A stretch of DNA of 64,000 bases from an uncultured Gammaproteobacteria bacterium (GTDB lineage: Bacteria > Patescibacteriota > Microgenomatia > Levybacterales > UBA12049): contig CAZILC010000005.1 of the NCBI GenBank assembly GCA_964540055.1, positions 5,597-69,596 on the forward strand, given 5' to 3'. Below the pieces are notes generated by a model. It was not told where the DNA came from. It saw nothing but the letters and a program-made list of their open reading frames with translations, and made no database searches. The position numbers and the translations under genes were made by a program. This document shows positions 9,501 through 17,689 of this stretch, piece by piece. The first letter of the stretch is position 1. Every line of letters begins with the position of its first letter.

Positions 9501-9608
9501 GGCATTCGCTTGTCCCGTAATAATAGGAGAAACAATGAGTGGAAGAGAAAGAAGGGTTGATAGAAAAAGTTTTTTTAAAAATGGAAAGAAACGCTGAGTT
9601 TGTCTCAT
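6510..9608 (-). CDS. secreted multidomain glycoside hydrolase (DUF4038/GH140-like TIM-barrel core, FN3, duplicated flanking domains, PT linker)
   Basis: Signal peptide, then the core block RYLLDQNGNPYMIVGDSPHSL...AQADQYFADRQSFGINAAW...VFLDP resembling DUF4038/GH140. An FN3 domain follows (LTVTATTGSTVGLSWTAS...YRIYRNG...YTYTVSSYDLAGN). A roughly 200-aa domain is present at both the N and C termini. Confidence 0.8.
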   Translation of the reverse strand: MRQTQRFFPFLKKLFLSTLLSLPLIVSPIITGQANAAGPAFVQVVAAQPQTNQTAVTVTFTKAQTAGNTNILAIGWGDTTSNIVSVTDSKGNAYAVAAPTMHGSQQSQAIYYAKNIAGAAVNANTVTVTFNAPAAFVDLRASEYSGLDATNPFDKFSSASGTSATATTASVSTAVANELIFGAGDTSGAFSAAGTGFTKRIITNPDSDIVEDKIVTTIGSYSVTAKQSGAYVIQMASFKASNTVAPTPTPTGIPTPTNTPTPTLLPTATPTPTPTTIPSASPTPTQIPTPTPTGTPNFPFAKSVSANHRYLLDQNGNPYMIVGDSPHSLAVNLTEAQADQYFADRQSFGINAAWMQVLVNSYAGGRADGTTYDGIGPFTSPNDFSTPNPVYFQRLHNMVNSAAQHGVTVFLDPMETAGWQSQYESNGVTKDFNFGVFLGNTFKDLPNIVWFTGNDYGGWTDPTQDAEVTAIANGIKSVDSNHMHTVQLNGTISSSLDDQNWASIINMNGAYTYYPTYDEVLHAYNQTPTMPTYMQEANYEFENNTGGPATTDETLRRQEYWTATSGGNAGQIYGNCYSWDCATSWADEQAHLDTSGATQLQYMKNLFTAREWYNLVPDQTHTFLTAGAGTYDSAQDDVLQNDYATAAVTPDGGFGAVYVPTSRTISVNLNLLAGPINAQWFDPSNNTFHAINGSPFAANSGSVQFTTPGLNSEGNGDWLLVLDGNAVADTTPPTIPTNLTVTATTGSTVGLSWTASTDNVNVAGYRIYRNGTQVGTSSTTSYTDSGLAQNTSYTYTVSSYDLAGNSSPQSDPVNATTTTASPPPTTPAFVQLNSTTPQSAQSTVTIPYSQAQTSGNTNIIAIGFYNTAATITSVTDTEGNTYSVAAPLTLSASMYQAIYYAPNIKQAPAGANIITVKFSTAVHYPDIRIQEYSGLDQVSPFDVQSSATGSPATATSGNITTSKPTELLFASGSTSGVFSAAGSGYTLRIITNPDSDIIEDKVVTATGTYSATAAQSGDEVMQVAAFKAAGQS
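6513..7130 (-). repeat. C-terminal copy of an internally duplicated ~200-aa domain of the hydrolase
   Basis: PAFVQLNS...GNTNIIAIGF...SVTDTEGNTYSVAAP...QAIYYAPNI...IQEYSGLDQVSPFD...RIITNPDSDIIEDKVV...AAFKAA aligns along its whole length with the N-terminal copy. Confidence 0.8.
8722..8880 (-). repeat. Pro/Thr-rich low-complexity linker coding region
   Basis: APTPTPTGIPTPTNTPTPTLLPTATPTPTPTTIPSASPTPTQIPTPTPTGTP. It generates the spurious antisense Gly/Val ORF at 8704..9276. Confidence 0.85.
8890..9497 (-). repeat. N-terminal copy of the duplicated ~200-aa domain
   Basis: PAFVQVVA...GNTNILAIGW...SVTDSKGNAYAVAAP...QAIYYAKNI...ASEYSGLDATNPFD...RIITNPDSDIVEDKIV...ASFKAS. Confidence 0.8.
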
Positions 9609-9720
9609 AATGCTAATTAAACACTACCGTTATTTTTTTGTCTAGTGGCAAAAACATGGTCTAGTGATGCAAGATGGGGGATTGTATCTGGCTGGCACGC
9701 CTTGATAATCTGGGAGCTTT

Positions 9721-10293
9721 TTAAGCTAATTTAAGTTTCTCGAGTAATACTTCTAAAAGTTCTGGGAATTGCTCATAGGGTTTGTCTACACCAAAATGAC
9801 CTCTATTATTAAATTCGTGGAGTTCGGTATGTAATTTATCATGAACTACATGTGCTTCTTCATTAGAAATCCAAGGATCATCAGTTGAATGGAATTGTAC
9901 AATCCATTGTTGATTCTTTCGTATATTTTCCCATTTCCATGGAGTACTAAAATAACCACTTTCCTGTTCTTCAGCATCTCCCAAGTCTGTATAATAACTA
10001 CCAACTAAAACAGAACCGAATAATTTATTATTTTCTGCAAACCTCATTGCAGCTATAGCTCCCGTAGAGTGACCAACTAATATCGTATTTTCATCTGCAC
10101 CAAGACTCTTAATAAAGGGAAGCCAATATTCTGCTTTGCAGATCCAAGCATCCGGATAATCTTCAGCGATGATGGTAACATCTAATTCTTCCAGTTCCTT
10201 CTTTAACCAACCAAACCATATTTTATGTTTAGGAGATAAGATATCCTTTCCTCCGTTGTGATAACCAGGAACAAAAATTATTTTTTTATTCAT
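9721..10293 (-). CDS. RBBP9/YdeN-family serine hydrolase
   Basis: Aligns block by block with RBBP9 as I remember it: ...VPG..GG...WFGWLKKELE...WLPF...ILVGHSTGAIAAMRFAE...SGYFSTPWKWENI...IVQFHSTDDPW...GHF. TGcTATAAT lies 6 nt before ATG 10293. Confidence 0.85.
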   Translation of the reverse strand: MNKKIIFVPGYHNGGKDILSPKHKIWFGWLKKELEELDVTIIAEDYPDAWICKAEYWLPFIKSLGADENTILVGHSTGAIAAMRFAENNKLFGSVLVGSYYTDLGDAEEQESGYFSTPWKWENIRKNQQWIVQFHSTDDPWISNEEAHVVHDKLHTELHEFNNRGHFGVDKPYEQFPELLEVLLEKLKLA

Positions 10294-10415
10294 GAAGAAA
10301 TTATAGCATGGGTAGAAAATAAGAATATAAGAGCTCAACTGGCAAGCCTGTTTGCATCTAATATAGCTCTAATTTAGGATCAGTTATATGGAAAAACTTA
10401 TGATATTATTTATAT

Positions 10416-11303
10416 ATGTTGCAAGAATCGATAAGTAACTTAAGCACTACTAAAAAATGGTTATTAGGAATTCTATGTTTATTTTCCGGTGTTGCACCTC
10501 TTACGGCAAGATGGATACATGATGACTCTACAAAGGTTATATATGGAGTTGTTCTTGTTGGATTTTTTCTTATAGCAACAATATTGATTAAAAAAAGTTT
10601 ACACCTCAGACAGTTCTGGGAGCTGTCTTTCGCTTTTTTTATTTTTGCTCTAATTCAAGTTCTTAACAATACTCTTCCTGGATACATTAGGAACAATTTC
10701 CTTCACCAAAATCCCGTTGCAGGAAATCCATTAGCTTCAACAGTTTCGGGTACCCTTGCAATCCAGTTTATTGAAACTTTGATAGCTATTATTCCAATAA
10801 TTTTGTTGACAAAATTATCTGGCAGAAAACTTAACACAATTTATTTGCAAAAAGGGAAGATTGGAAAATGGTTTGTTTTTTCAATTATTGCATTTTTCGT
10901 ATTTTATATTTTATCATTCAGAATATCATCGCATCATTTATTTCCAATTCATGGCACTATGACATTAAGTCGATACCTGATGTTAACTCCTGCTTTATTC
11001 TTAATGGTTCTTTCAAATGGTTTTCAAGAAGAATTACTATTTCGAGGATTATTTCTTCAAGAATACAAGCGATTTTTTAGATTTCGAAATGCGAATATAC
11101 TCCAAGCAGTAATTTTTACTGTCGCCCACATAGGCGTAACTTATACGCCTTTGTCATTAGTATTTCTTTTTGCATTTGTATTTCCGATTGGACTATTTAC
11201 TGGTTATCTTATGAACAAAACTAAAAGTGTAATCGCTCCTGTTATTTTCCACGCAGGTGCAGATATTCCTATTTACCTCGCATTTCTTACTTTTGTATCA
11301 TAG
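10416..11303 (+). CDS. CPBP family intramembrane glutamic endopeptidase (CAAX/Abi type)
   Basis: Polytopic membrane protein with EELLFRG, FTVAHI and FHAGAD motifs. TGaTATTAT lies 6 nt before the ATG. Confidence 0.85.
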   Translation: MLQESISNLSTTKKWLLGILCLFSGVAPLTARWIHDDSTKVIYGVVLVGFFLIATILIKKSLHLRQFWELSFAFFIFALIQVLNNTLPGYIRNNFLHQNPVAGNPLASTVSGTLAIQFIETLIAIIPIILLTKLSGRKLNTIYLQKGKIGKWFVFSIIAFFVFYILSFRISSHHLFPIHGTMTLSRYLMLTPALFLMVLSNGFQEELLFRGLFLQEYKRFFRFRNANILQAVIFTVAHIGVTYTPLSLVFLFAFVFPIGLFTGYLMNKTKSVIAPVIFHAGADIPIYLAFLTFVS

Positions 11304-11388
11304 TAAAAGTTGAAAATACTGACGTATGCTCGAATCCACGTTAGATATGACAGAGTTTGATATAGATATTTGAGGACAATTGAATGTG

Positions 11389-11459
11389 CTGTCGAGCCTG
11401 GATTCGAACCAGAATAAACGGATCCAAAGTCCGTTGTCCTACCGTTAGACGACTCGACA
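11389..11459 (-). tRNA. tRNA-Gln (anticodon UUG)
   Basis: Cloverleaf read by hand: UGUCGAG/CUCGACA acceptor with U1-A72 and G73, anticodon arm ACGGA-CUUUGGA-UCCGU, T arm UCUGG-UUCGAAU-CCAGG. CCA is not encoded. Confidence 0.9.
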
Positions 11460-11540
11460 AAGTTGAAAAAGCTCAACGCGTGCTACAATTTTACTAAAAT
11501 TCAGCCGAAATTGCCAATCACAATCTGATATACTAAACTT

Positions 11541-12074
11541 GTGAATAATTTCGGAACTGAAATTCTTTTGAATCAATTAAAAGCTGCTCATGGTGCACTT
11601 GAGGGGACCATGGATGGGGTAACTGAAAAAGAAGCTCATTTTATGCCGCCAGGCAATGCTAATCCAATTGCCGGAACATATGCACATCTCGTTTTTTCAG
11701 AAGACGCATTTCTCCATATCTTTCTTAAAAAAACAAAACCACTTTTTGAAACAAAATTTAAAGATAAAACAGGCGCAAGTGAAAATCAGCCCACCGATTG
11801 GGAAAATGCTTATCCAAAATGGTTAAAAGAAGTGCAATTGGATGTAAAGGTCTTTCAAAAATATGCTAAAGCTGTTTTTGCAGAAAGTGAACAATATATT
11901 GCTACGTTAACCGATGAGGATTTACAAAAGGACATTGATATGAGTATGTTTCACATGGGACAAAGAAAAGCATATGATTTTATTGCAAATTTGATAAGTG
12001 GTCATGCCTATCCAATAATGGGGGAAATCTCTGTACTGAAAGGCATTCAAGGTTTGAAAGGATATCCTTTTTAA
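11541..12074 (+). CDS. DinB-superfamily protein (DinB_2-like four-helix bundle)
   Basis: LKAAHGALEGTMDGVTEKEAHFMPPGNANPIAGTYAHLVFSEDAF... GTG start with TGaTATACT 6 nt upstream. Confidence 0.65.
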   Translation: MNNFGTEILLNQLKAAHGALEGTMDGVTEKEAHFMPPGNANPIAGTYAHLVFSEDAFLHIFLKKTKPLFETKFKDKTGASENQPTDWENAYPKWLKEVQLDVKVFQKYAKAVFAESEQYIATLTDEDLQKDIDMSMFHMGQRKAYDFIANLISGHAYPIMGEISVLKGIQGLKGYPF

Positions 12075-12254
12075 AAAAAATCGCAAACTTTTATTGTGGA
12101 CGATCAAACAGATAACCAATCAGCAGAATCAAACACACAAAAACCTGAAAGAATTGATGAACTCGATGTCTTTGGAGGATTTGTAATAAAACTTTCTAAA
12201 TACTTTGTACAACTTTTCCGTAACCTTTTCAAAAATCAAACGAACCAATAAAAC

Positions 12255-12770
12255 TCAGTGCTTTCTTTTTTTCTGAGATTTTCTATTAGCTTTTTTCGTT
12301 GTGTAATCTTTGTAGACCATCAAAAAATATCCAACAATTGCCAAAATTGCCCCATAAAAACTCCACGTCTGGGGATGAAGTGAAATTATCATGGGTATAC
12401 TACTTCCAACAATATAAAACATTACGACAAAAATAACATCATGATATATTTGACTGGGAAGAAATTCCATTTTTGGTTTATAAAATTTTTCTTCCACATG
12501 AAGATATTCCGTACCTATCATACAAGTTATTCCCAAAATTATTAAAATAAAACTCCATAAAGAACTTATACGGATTATTGCGTCATGTAAAATGATTGCA
12601 GCATTAAATCCATACAAAGGCAAAAAAAGACTATCTCCATACTTATATGTCCACCAGTGTCTTAAATAAAATTTTCTTTCAAACACCACACGGACCAAAA
12701 TCATTGCGACAAAATCAAAACAAAAAAACAGTAATGCAACTAGTAGTGGGGGAAGACTCCAAATATTCAT
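12255..12770 (-). CDS. hypothetical polytopic membrane protein
   Basis: 171 aa with about 5 hydrophobic helices and a basic C-terminal tail. I recognise no family. Confidence 0.55.
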   Translation of the reverse strand: MNIWSLPPLLVALLFFCFDFVAMILVRVVFERKFYLRHWWTYKYGDSLFLPLYGFNAAIILHDAIIRISSLWSFILIILGITCMIGTEYLHVEEKFYKPKMEFLPSQIYHDVIFVVMFYIVGSSIPMIISLHPQTWSFYGAILAIVGYFLMVYKDYTTKKANRKSQKKRKH

Positions 12771-12870
12771 ACAATTATTTTCCTAAAAGTGAATTGTTAA
12801 TTTTACCTGATTAATATATATTGTAATAGGTCCCTCAAAATATGAAAAGCGCTACTAAACAAAGAGGATT

Positions 12871-14616
12871 ATGAGCTTATACTCTTTATATCTAGGTTTA
12901 CTTAGTATAACAATTATCGCGAACTGGATACTCATTATTTTTCTCTACAAACGACGGCAGAAAAGTATCGCAAGTATCTCTCTCACAATTTTATTATTGC
13001 TCGTTACTATTTGGTTTACTCCAAAACTTATTACCAATGCCATTCATGCAAACGGATTAACCTTTGAATTATTAAGCCGGATCTCAGCCCTTGGTTATAT
13101 ATTTGTACCCACCGCTTTTGTGACTTTTTCTTTTGCAAATGGTGCGTACAAACATCATTTAGAAAAATACTATTATTGGGTACTATTAGTAATCCCGTCA
13201 TTATTTTTTCTCTTTCTTTCCTGGACTACAAATCTAGTGGGAATTCATGACTATCACAAAGCTCATCTTTATCCGTGGGGTTATGAAACGCCTACTGGGC
13301 AACTCTGGCCATATTATTTAGTCTGGTTCACAGGAATGATGTTTTTGGGCATCAGTACATTGATAAAAAACTATTTTCTACTCGAACAGGGGACTAAAAA
13401 AAGACAAGCTTTATATATAGTACTCATTGCTACAACTCCATTTATCATCGGTATGATTACACTTGGCATACTTCCGATATTTAATATTTTTGTCATGCCA
13501 GTTGGTGTGACGATTTTAAATATGTTGGTTATTGGAGGTATTGGTTTAATATATAAATTTGGCAGTTTTGTCGTTACACCATATACAGTACTTTCTAATC
13601 TAAACTACGCAATTATTACTGTTGATAGATCAGGAACAATTTTGCAGATGAATCCTTATACCGAAAAATTATTAAAAGCAAAAACCTCTCATGCTGTTGG
13701 GAAAAACGTTAATCAAGTTTTATCTGTATTTCGTACCAGTAGTAAAAAACCATATCAAGTAAATCAATTATTAAAACCGATATTGAATCATGGTCGCAGT
13801 AAAACGTTTGATAAATATACAATTATCAATCAACAAAAAAAAGGATTTCCGTCAACCATTTCAATAACTCCCATTTATGAAGAAAAAATGATAATTGGTG
13901 CCAATATTTTTATTCGGAACTCAAAAAAAGAACAGGAACGGGAAAGGAAAAAAGATGATTTTCTTAATATCTTGGCACATGAATTAAGAACTCCTATCAC
14001 AGGAATTAAATTATATAACCAATTGCTGTTGCGGCAACTTACTGATAATACAGATAAAAAACAACAACTCGCCCTCAAAATGTCCGTTGAAATTGATAGA
14101 CTTCATAAATTAATTCAGGACTCATTCGATCTTGCGCAGCTGCAATCTGGTAAATTACGTTTACATAGAGAATTTTTTGGTATCGATGATTTTATTTCGG
14201 AAAAAATACAAACCCTTAGTGTTACGTATCCGCTAAAAAAAGTATCAATCGAATCTCGGTCCAATGCTGTTGTTTTCGCCGATAAAAGTAAGATTGAACA
14301 GGTGGTTATAAATTTGATAAATAACGCTATCAGATTCTCTCCACAGACTAAACCGATTCTCGTTCATCTTACATCGATAGATAATTACGCAATAGTCGGT
14401 ATTCAAGATTTTGGAAAGGGTATCACCCCGAAATACGAAAAGAAAATATTTGAACGATTTTATCAAATTGAGAATGCCATACCGGGTAAATCAGGACTGG
14501 GTTTAGGACTGTACATTTCATCGTCCATCATAAAAGCACATGAGGGAAAAATGTGGGTTGAATCAATGACAGGAAAAGGGAGTACATTTTATTTTTCATT
14601 ACCAACAAGCACATGA
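12871..14616 (+). CDS. sensor histidine kinase with N-terminal 7TM-type membrane domain and PAS
   Basis: About 230 aa of TM helices, a PAS-like segment, the H-box LAHELRTPITGI, and HATPase boxes NLINNAIRFS, DFGKGI, GLGLGLY. Confidence 0.9.
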   Translation: MSLYSLYLGLLSITIIANWILIIFLYKRRQKSIASISLTILLLLVTIWFTPKLITNAIHANGLTFELLSRISALGYIFVPTAFVTFSFANGAYKHHLEKYYYWVLLVIPSLFFLFLSWTTNLVGIHDYHKAHLYPWGYETPTGQLWPYYLVWFTGMMFLGISTLIKNYFLLEQGTKKRQALYIVLIATTPFIIGMITLGILPIFNIFVMPVGVTILNMLVIGGIGLIYKFGSFVVTPYTVLSNLNYAIITVDRSGTILQMNPYTEKLLKAKTSHAVGKNVNQVLSVFRTSSKKPYQVNQLLKPILNHGRSKTFDKYTIINQQKKGFPSTISITPIYEEKMIIGANIFIRNSKKEQERERKKDDFLNILAHELRTPITGIKLYNQLLLRQLTDNTDKKQQLALKMSVEIDRLHKLIQDSFDLAQLQSGKLRLHREFFGIDDFISEKIQTLSVTYPLKKVSIESRSNAVVFADKSKIEQVVINLINNAIRFSPQTKPILVHLTSIDNYAIVGIQDFGKGITPKYEKKIFERFYQIENAIPGKSGLGLGLYISSSIIKAHEGKMWVESMTGKGSTFYFSLPTST

Positions 14617-15749
14617 ATATTGGTTTTTTTACAGAAAGTTATCTTCCATCGATGGATGGTGTTGCTACATCTGTGGCAATGACAGCTGAACAGTTGACAA
14701 AATTAGGGCATACGGTAAGTATCGTTGCACCCAATAGACCACACGGTCGGGAAAATAAAAATATTTATCGACTTGTATCGGTCAAAATATTGAAAAAACC
14801 CGAAATTTGGGAAGCAATTGAATTACCGCAAACTGCACTCATTGAATTATTTCAAAAGGATTTTGATATTATTCATATTCATTCGGGCGGCACCATATCA
14901 AATATCGGTTGGCAAATTGCCAAACTCCACAGGATTCCACTTATTATGACCTACCACACGCTTTGGAATTATTATTCCCACTATTTTCCTTTTTCATTTC
15001 TTGTGTTTCCTTGGATGTTCAAAAAATTTAATTTGTTGTTTAGTACTACGTTAAATGCTCTTATCGCTCCTACGAATAAAGTCGAACATATTCTAAAAAC
15101 GTATGGTATCAAAAAGCCTATTTATGTCATTCCAAACGGTATTCAAATTGCTAAATACCTGCATCAGGAAAAAGGCTATTTTAATAAAAAACTTCATATT
15201 CATTCTAATAAAACTATATTGCTTAGTGTAGGAAGATTGGAAAAAGAAAAATCTCCTGATTTTATTCTTACTGCCTTTTCGTATATCGCGAAAAAAAATC
15301 CTGATATTGTTTTAGTATATGTAGGAGAGGGAAGAGAAAAAAATAGTTTGCTAAAACTTGCTAAGAAACTTCAAATAGATCAACAAATTTTTTTTACCGG
15401 GGCAATTCCATTTTCTCATATGCCACAAATCTATGCGGATGCTGATGTATTTCTTTTTGCGTCAAAAACCGAAACTCAAGGAATGGTAGTGTATGAAGCG
15501 TTAGCGTCGGGTCTACCGGTTATTGCAGTTCAGGATTCAGCATTTACTTCAGTAATAACAGATGAATATAACGGCTTTTTAACTAACAAGGATCCAAAAG
15601 TGTTTTCAAAAAAAATACTGCATATTCTGAAACAAAAAAATCATTTGAAACAATTGGGTAATAATGCCCGAACTTCAGTTTTACCATTTGCGATTGAGAA
15701 TACCGTAAAACAATTGGAAAAATGTTATTTTATAATTGTAAATAAATAA
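14613..15749 (+). CDS. GT4 glycosyltransferase, glycolipid (glucosyl-diacylglycerol) synthase-like
   Basis: The N-terminus MNIGFFTESYLPSMDGVATSV...LGHTVSIVAP resembles MGS/DGS-type lipid glycosyltransferases. A C-terminal E..G..VYEALASGLPVI motif is present. The ATGA overlap with the kinase stop indicates translational coupling. Confidence 0.85.
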   Translation: MNIGFFTESYLPSMDGVATSVAMTAEQLTKLGHTVSIVAPNRPHGRENKNIYRLVSVKILKKPEIWEAIELPQTALIELFQKDFDIIHIHSGGTISNIGWQIAKLHRIPLIMTYHTLWNYYSHYFPFSFLVFPWMFKKFNLLFSTTLNALIAPTNKVEHILKTYGIKKPIYVIPNGIQIAKYLHQEKGYFNKKLHIHSNKTILLSVGRLEKEKSPDFILTAFSYIAKKNPDIVLVYVGEGREKNSLLKLAKKLQIDQQIFFTGAIPFSHMPQIYADADVFLFASKTETQGMVVYEALASGLPVIAVQDSAFTSVITDEYNGFLTNKDPKVFSKKILHILKQKNHLKQLGNNARTSVLPFAIENTVKQLEKCYFIIVNK

Positions 15750-15827
15750 TACTATCTTCTATTCTTACTGAACCTTTTCTTTACTATGCTACTGTAGAGC
15801 AGTATAATCTATTGAAAAGAAACTACT

Positions 15828-16547
15828 ATGAAAACTGAAAATAAGGCACATCATCACGAACCAACCCAACAAAAATCTACATCAAAGCTCAATTGGCTCC
15901 GAGCGTCAGTTCTTGGAGCAAATGACGGCATTGTTTCTATTGCTGGACTTGTTGTTGGAGTCGCTGGTGCTACAGCTTCTCATCAGGTTATTTTAACAGC
16001 CGGTCTTGCAGGAATAATTGCAGGTGCCATTTCTATGGCAGCTGGAGAATTTGTTTCAGTCAGCAGTTCACGGGATACAGAAAAAGCACTTCTTAAGAAA
16101 GAAGAATTCGAACTCAAACATTATCCTGAGGAAGAATTGGAAGAGCTTGTACATATCTATCAGGAAAAAGGACTAACACATAAAACTGCACGTCTTGTTG
16201 CTGAAGAATTGTCTAAAAAAGATCCCTATGCAGCACATATTGATGCAGAATTAGGAATTGATCCCAATGATCTAACAAATCCATGGCATGCCGCTTTTGC
16301 ATCAGCAGCTTCTTTTCTTGTTGGCGCCATCATTCCACTTATTGCGATCATTATTTTCCCACAATCAATACGAATTCCTATGACTTTTATTTCCGTACTT
16401 GTCGCACTTGCAATAACAGGAACAATTAGTGGTAAAGTGAGTAATGCAAACATACTTCGTGCGACAACACGGGTGATAATTGGAGGCGCGCTTGCAATGG
16501 TGGTAACGTTTTTTGTAGGGAGACTATTTAATGTCTCCGGAATTTAA
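15828..16547 (+). CDS. VIT1/CCC1 family iron/manganese transporter
   Basis: LRASVLGANDGIVSIAGLVVGVAGA..., a central acidic helical region, and C-terminal TM helices. Confidence 0.88.
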   Translation: MKTENKAHHHEPTQQKSTSKLNWLRASVLGANDGIVSIAGLVVGVAGATASHQVILTAGLAGIIAGAISMAAGEFVSVSSSRDTEKALLKKEEFELKHYPEEELEELVHIYQEKGLTHKTARLVAEELSKKDPYAAHIDAELGIDPNDLTNPWHAAFASAASFLVGAIIPLIAIIIFPQSIRIPMTFISVLVALAITGTISGKVSNANILRATTRVIIGGALAMVVTFFVGRLFNVSGI

Positions 16548-16560
16548 ATTCTTTATACTC

Positions 16561-17613
16561 CTACTTCTGTGGAATATAAAATGTTATGGTTGTCGATTTT
16601 CCTAATTTTGAAGCCAATAAAAAATCACCTTGATGCTGCTTGATAATGTTATGAGCAATATATAAACCCAACCCCAACCCTGCAGTCGATTTATTATTTT
16701 TCCCGGCCTGGTAAAATCGTTCAGTAATTTTTGAAATATCCTCTTTTGCTATGCCGGCACCATAATCTGTGACACTAACAAAAACATTTTTATCCTTTTT
16801 CCATATTTTAACGGCAATTTTATTAGCCTGAGGTGAAAATTTAATTGCGTTAATGATAATATTTAAAAGTACTTGCTGAATTCTCATTCTGTCTGCAATA
16901 ACATAACCATTAAATTTAGACAGTAATACAATTTTGTGACTTGTATAATTTCTTTCCAGATCATCAATTGTTTCCTTCAAGAGCAAACGCAGAGTAAACT
17001 TTTCCTTTTCAAGAGAAATTTTTCCCTCACGAATTTTAGTTGCTTCATAGATATCATTAACAAAACGCTCAAGTCTATCTATTTGTTGTGACATTTTTTT
17101 AAAAAATTCATCTTTTTTTGTAGCTGTAATTGTATCTTTTTTATTAGTTAGCAACTGTAAATACACTTTCAGAGAGGTAATGGGGGAGCGTAATTCATGA
17201 CTTGCAATCGAAATAAATTCATCCTTTAATTCATCAATTTTTTTGAGTGCTGTTATATCATGATAGTTAACAACGATTCCATTAACATCCTTATCTGCAA
17301 GCAAATTTGTCGCTATTGCTTCGATCCATACATAATGTCCATCTTTATGCTTTATTCTCATTTCCATTTGTATTGGATGTTGAGGTTTCAAAAGTATTTG
17401 GGATAATGCTTTAACTACCTTGGGAGCATCAAGAGGATGAAGAAACTTAAAACCATTTATACCCATGAAATCTTTATAGTCGCGGCCAAACATCCGGACA
17501 CTTGAGGGAGATGCATATAAGACTCTTGCTTTCTCATCGATTAAAATAGTTACATCCCAGCTATTTTCTATGAGGGCTTTAAAAAGTTTATCAGTATGTT
17601 TAAGCTGATTCAT
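16561..17613 (-). CDS. cytoplasmic PAS-domain sensor histidine kinase
   Basis: PAS region (ENSWDVTILIDEKARVLYASPS...), H-box SHELRSPITSL, and boxes NIIINAIKFS, DYGAGI, GLGLGLY. Confidence 0.9.
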   Translation of the reverse strand: MNQLKHTDKLFKALIENSWDVTILIDEKARVLYASPSSVRMFGRDYKDFMGINGFKFLHPLDAPKVVKALSQILLKPQHPIQMEMRIKHKDGHYVWIEAIATNLLADKDVNGIVVNYHDITALKKIDELKDEFISIASHELRSPITSLKVYLQLLTNKKDTITATKKDEFFKKMSQQIDRLERFVNDIYEATKIREGKISLEKEKFTLRLLLKETIDDLERNYTSHKIVLLSKFNGYVIADRMRIQQVLLNIIINAIKFSPQANKIAVKIWKKDKNVFVSVTDYGAGIAKEDISKITERFYQAGKNNKSTAGLGLGLYIAHNIIKQHQGDFLLASKLGKSTTITFYIPQK

Positions 17614-17689
17614 TTTAGTTAATTAGCAGCATTATACAATTTTCGAATTAGTATAACGTAATGAATAGTAATTGTAAATGTAATAAAAG

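Noticed and set aside
11273-11476. 67-aa minus-strand ORF.
   Set aside because: It is fully explained by tRNA-Gln (11389-11459) and its flanks.
12097-12252. Possible 51-aa GTG-initiated ORF (VDDQTDNQSAESNTQKPERIDELDVFGGFVIKLSKYFVQLFRNLFKNQTNQ) in the gap after the DinB-like gene.
   Set aside because: It has no convincing -10 box or SD, uses a non-ATG start, is short, and has no recognisable family. The evidence is insufficient to call it.
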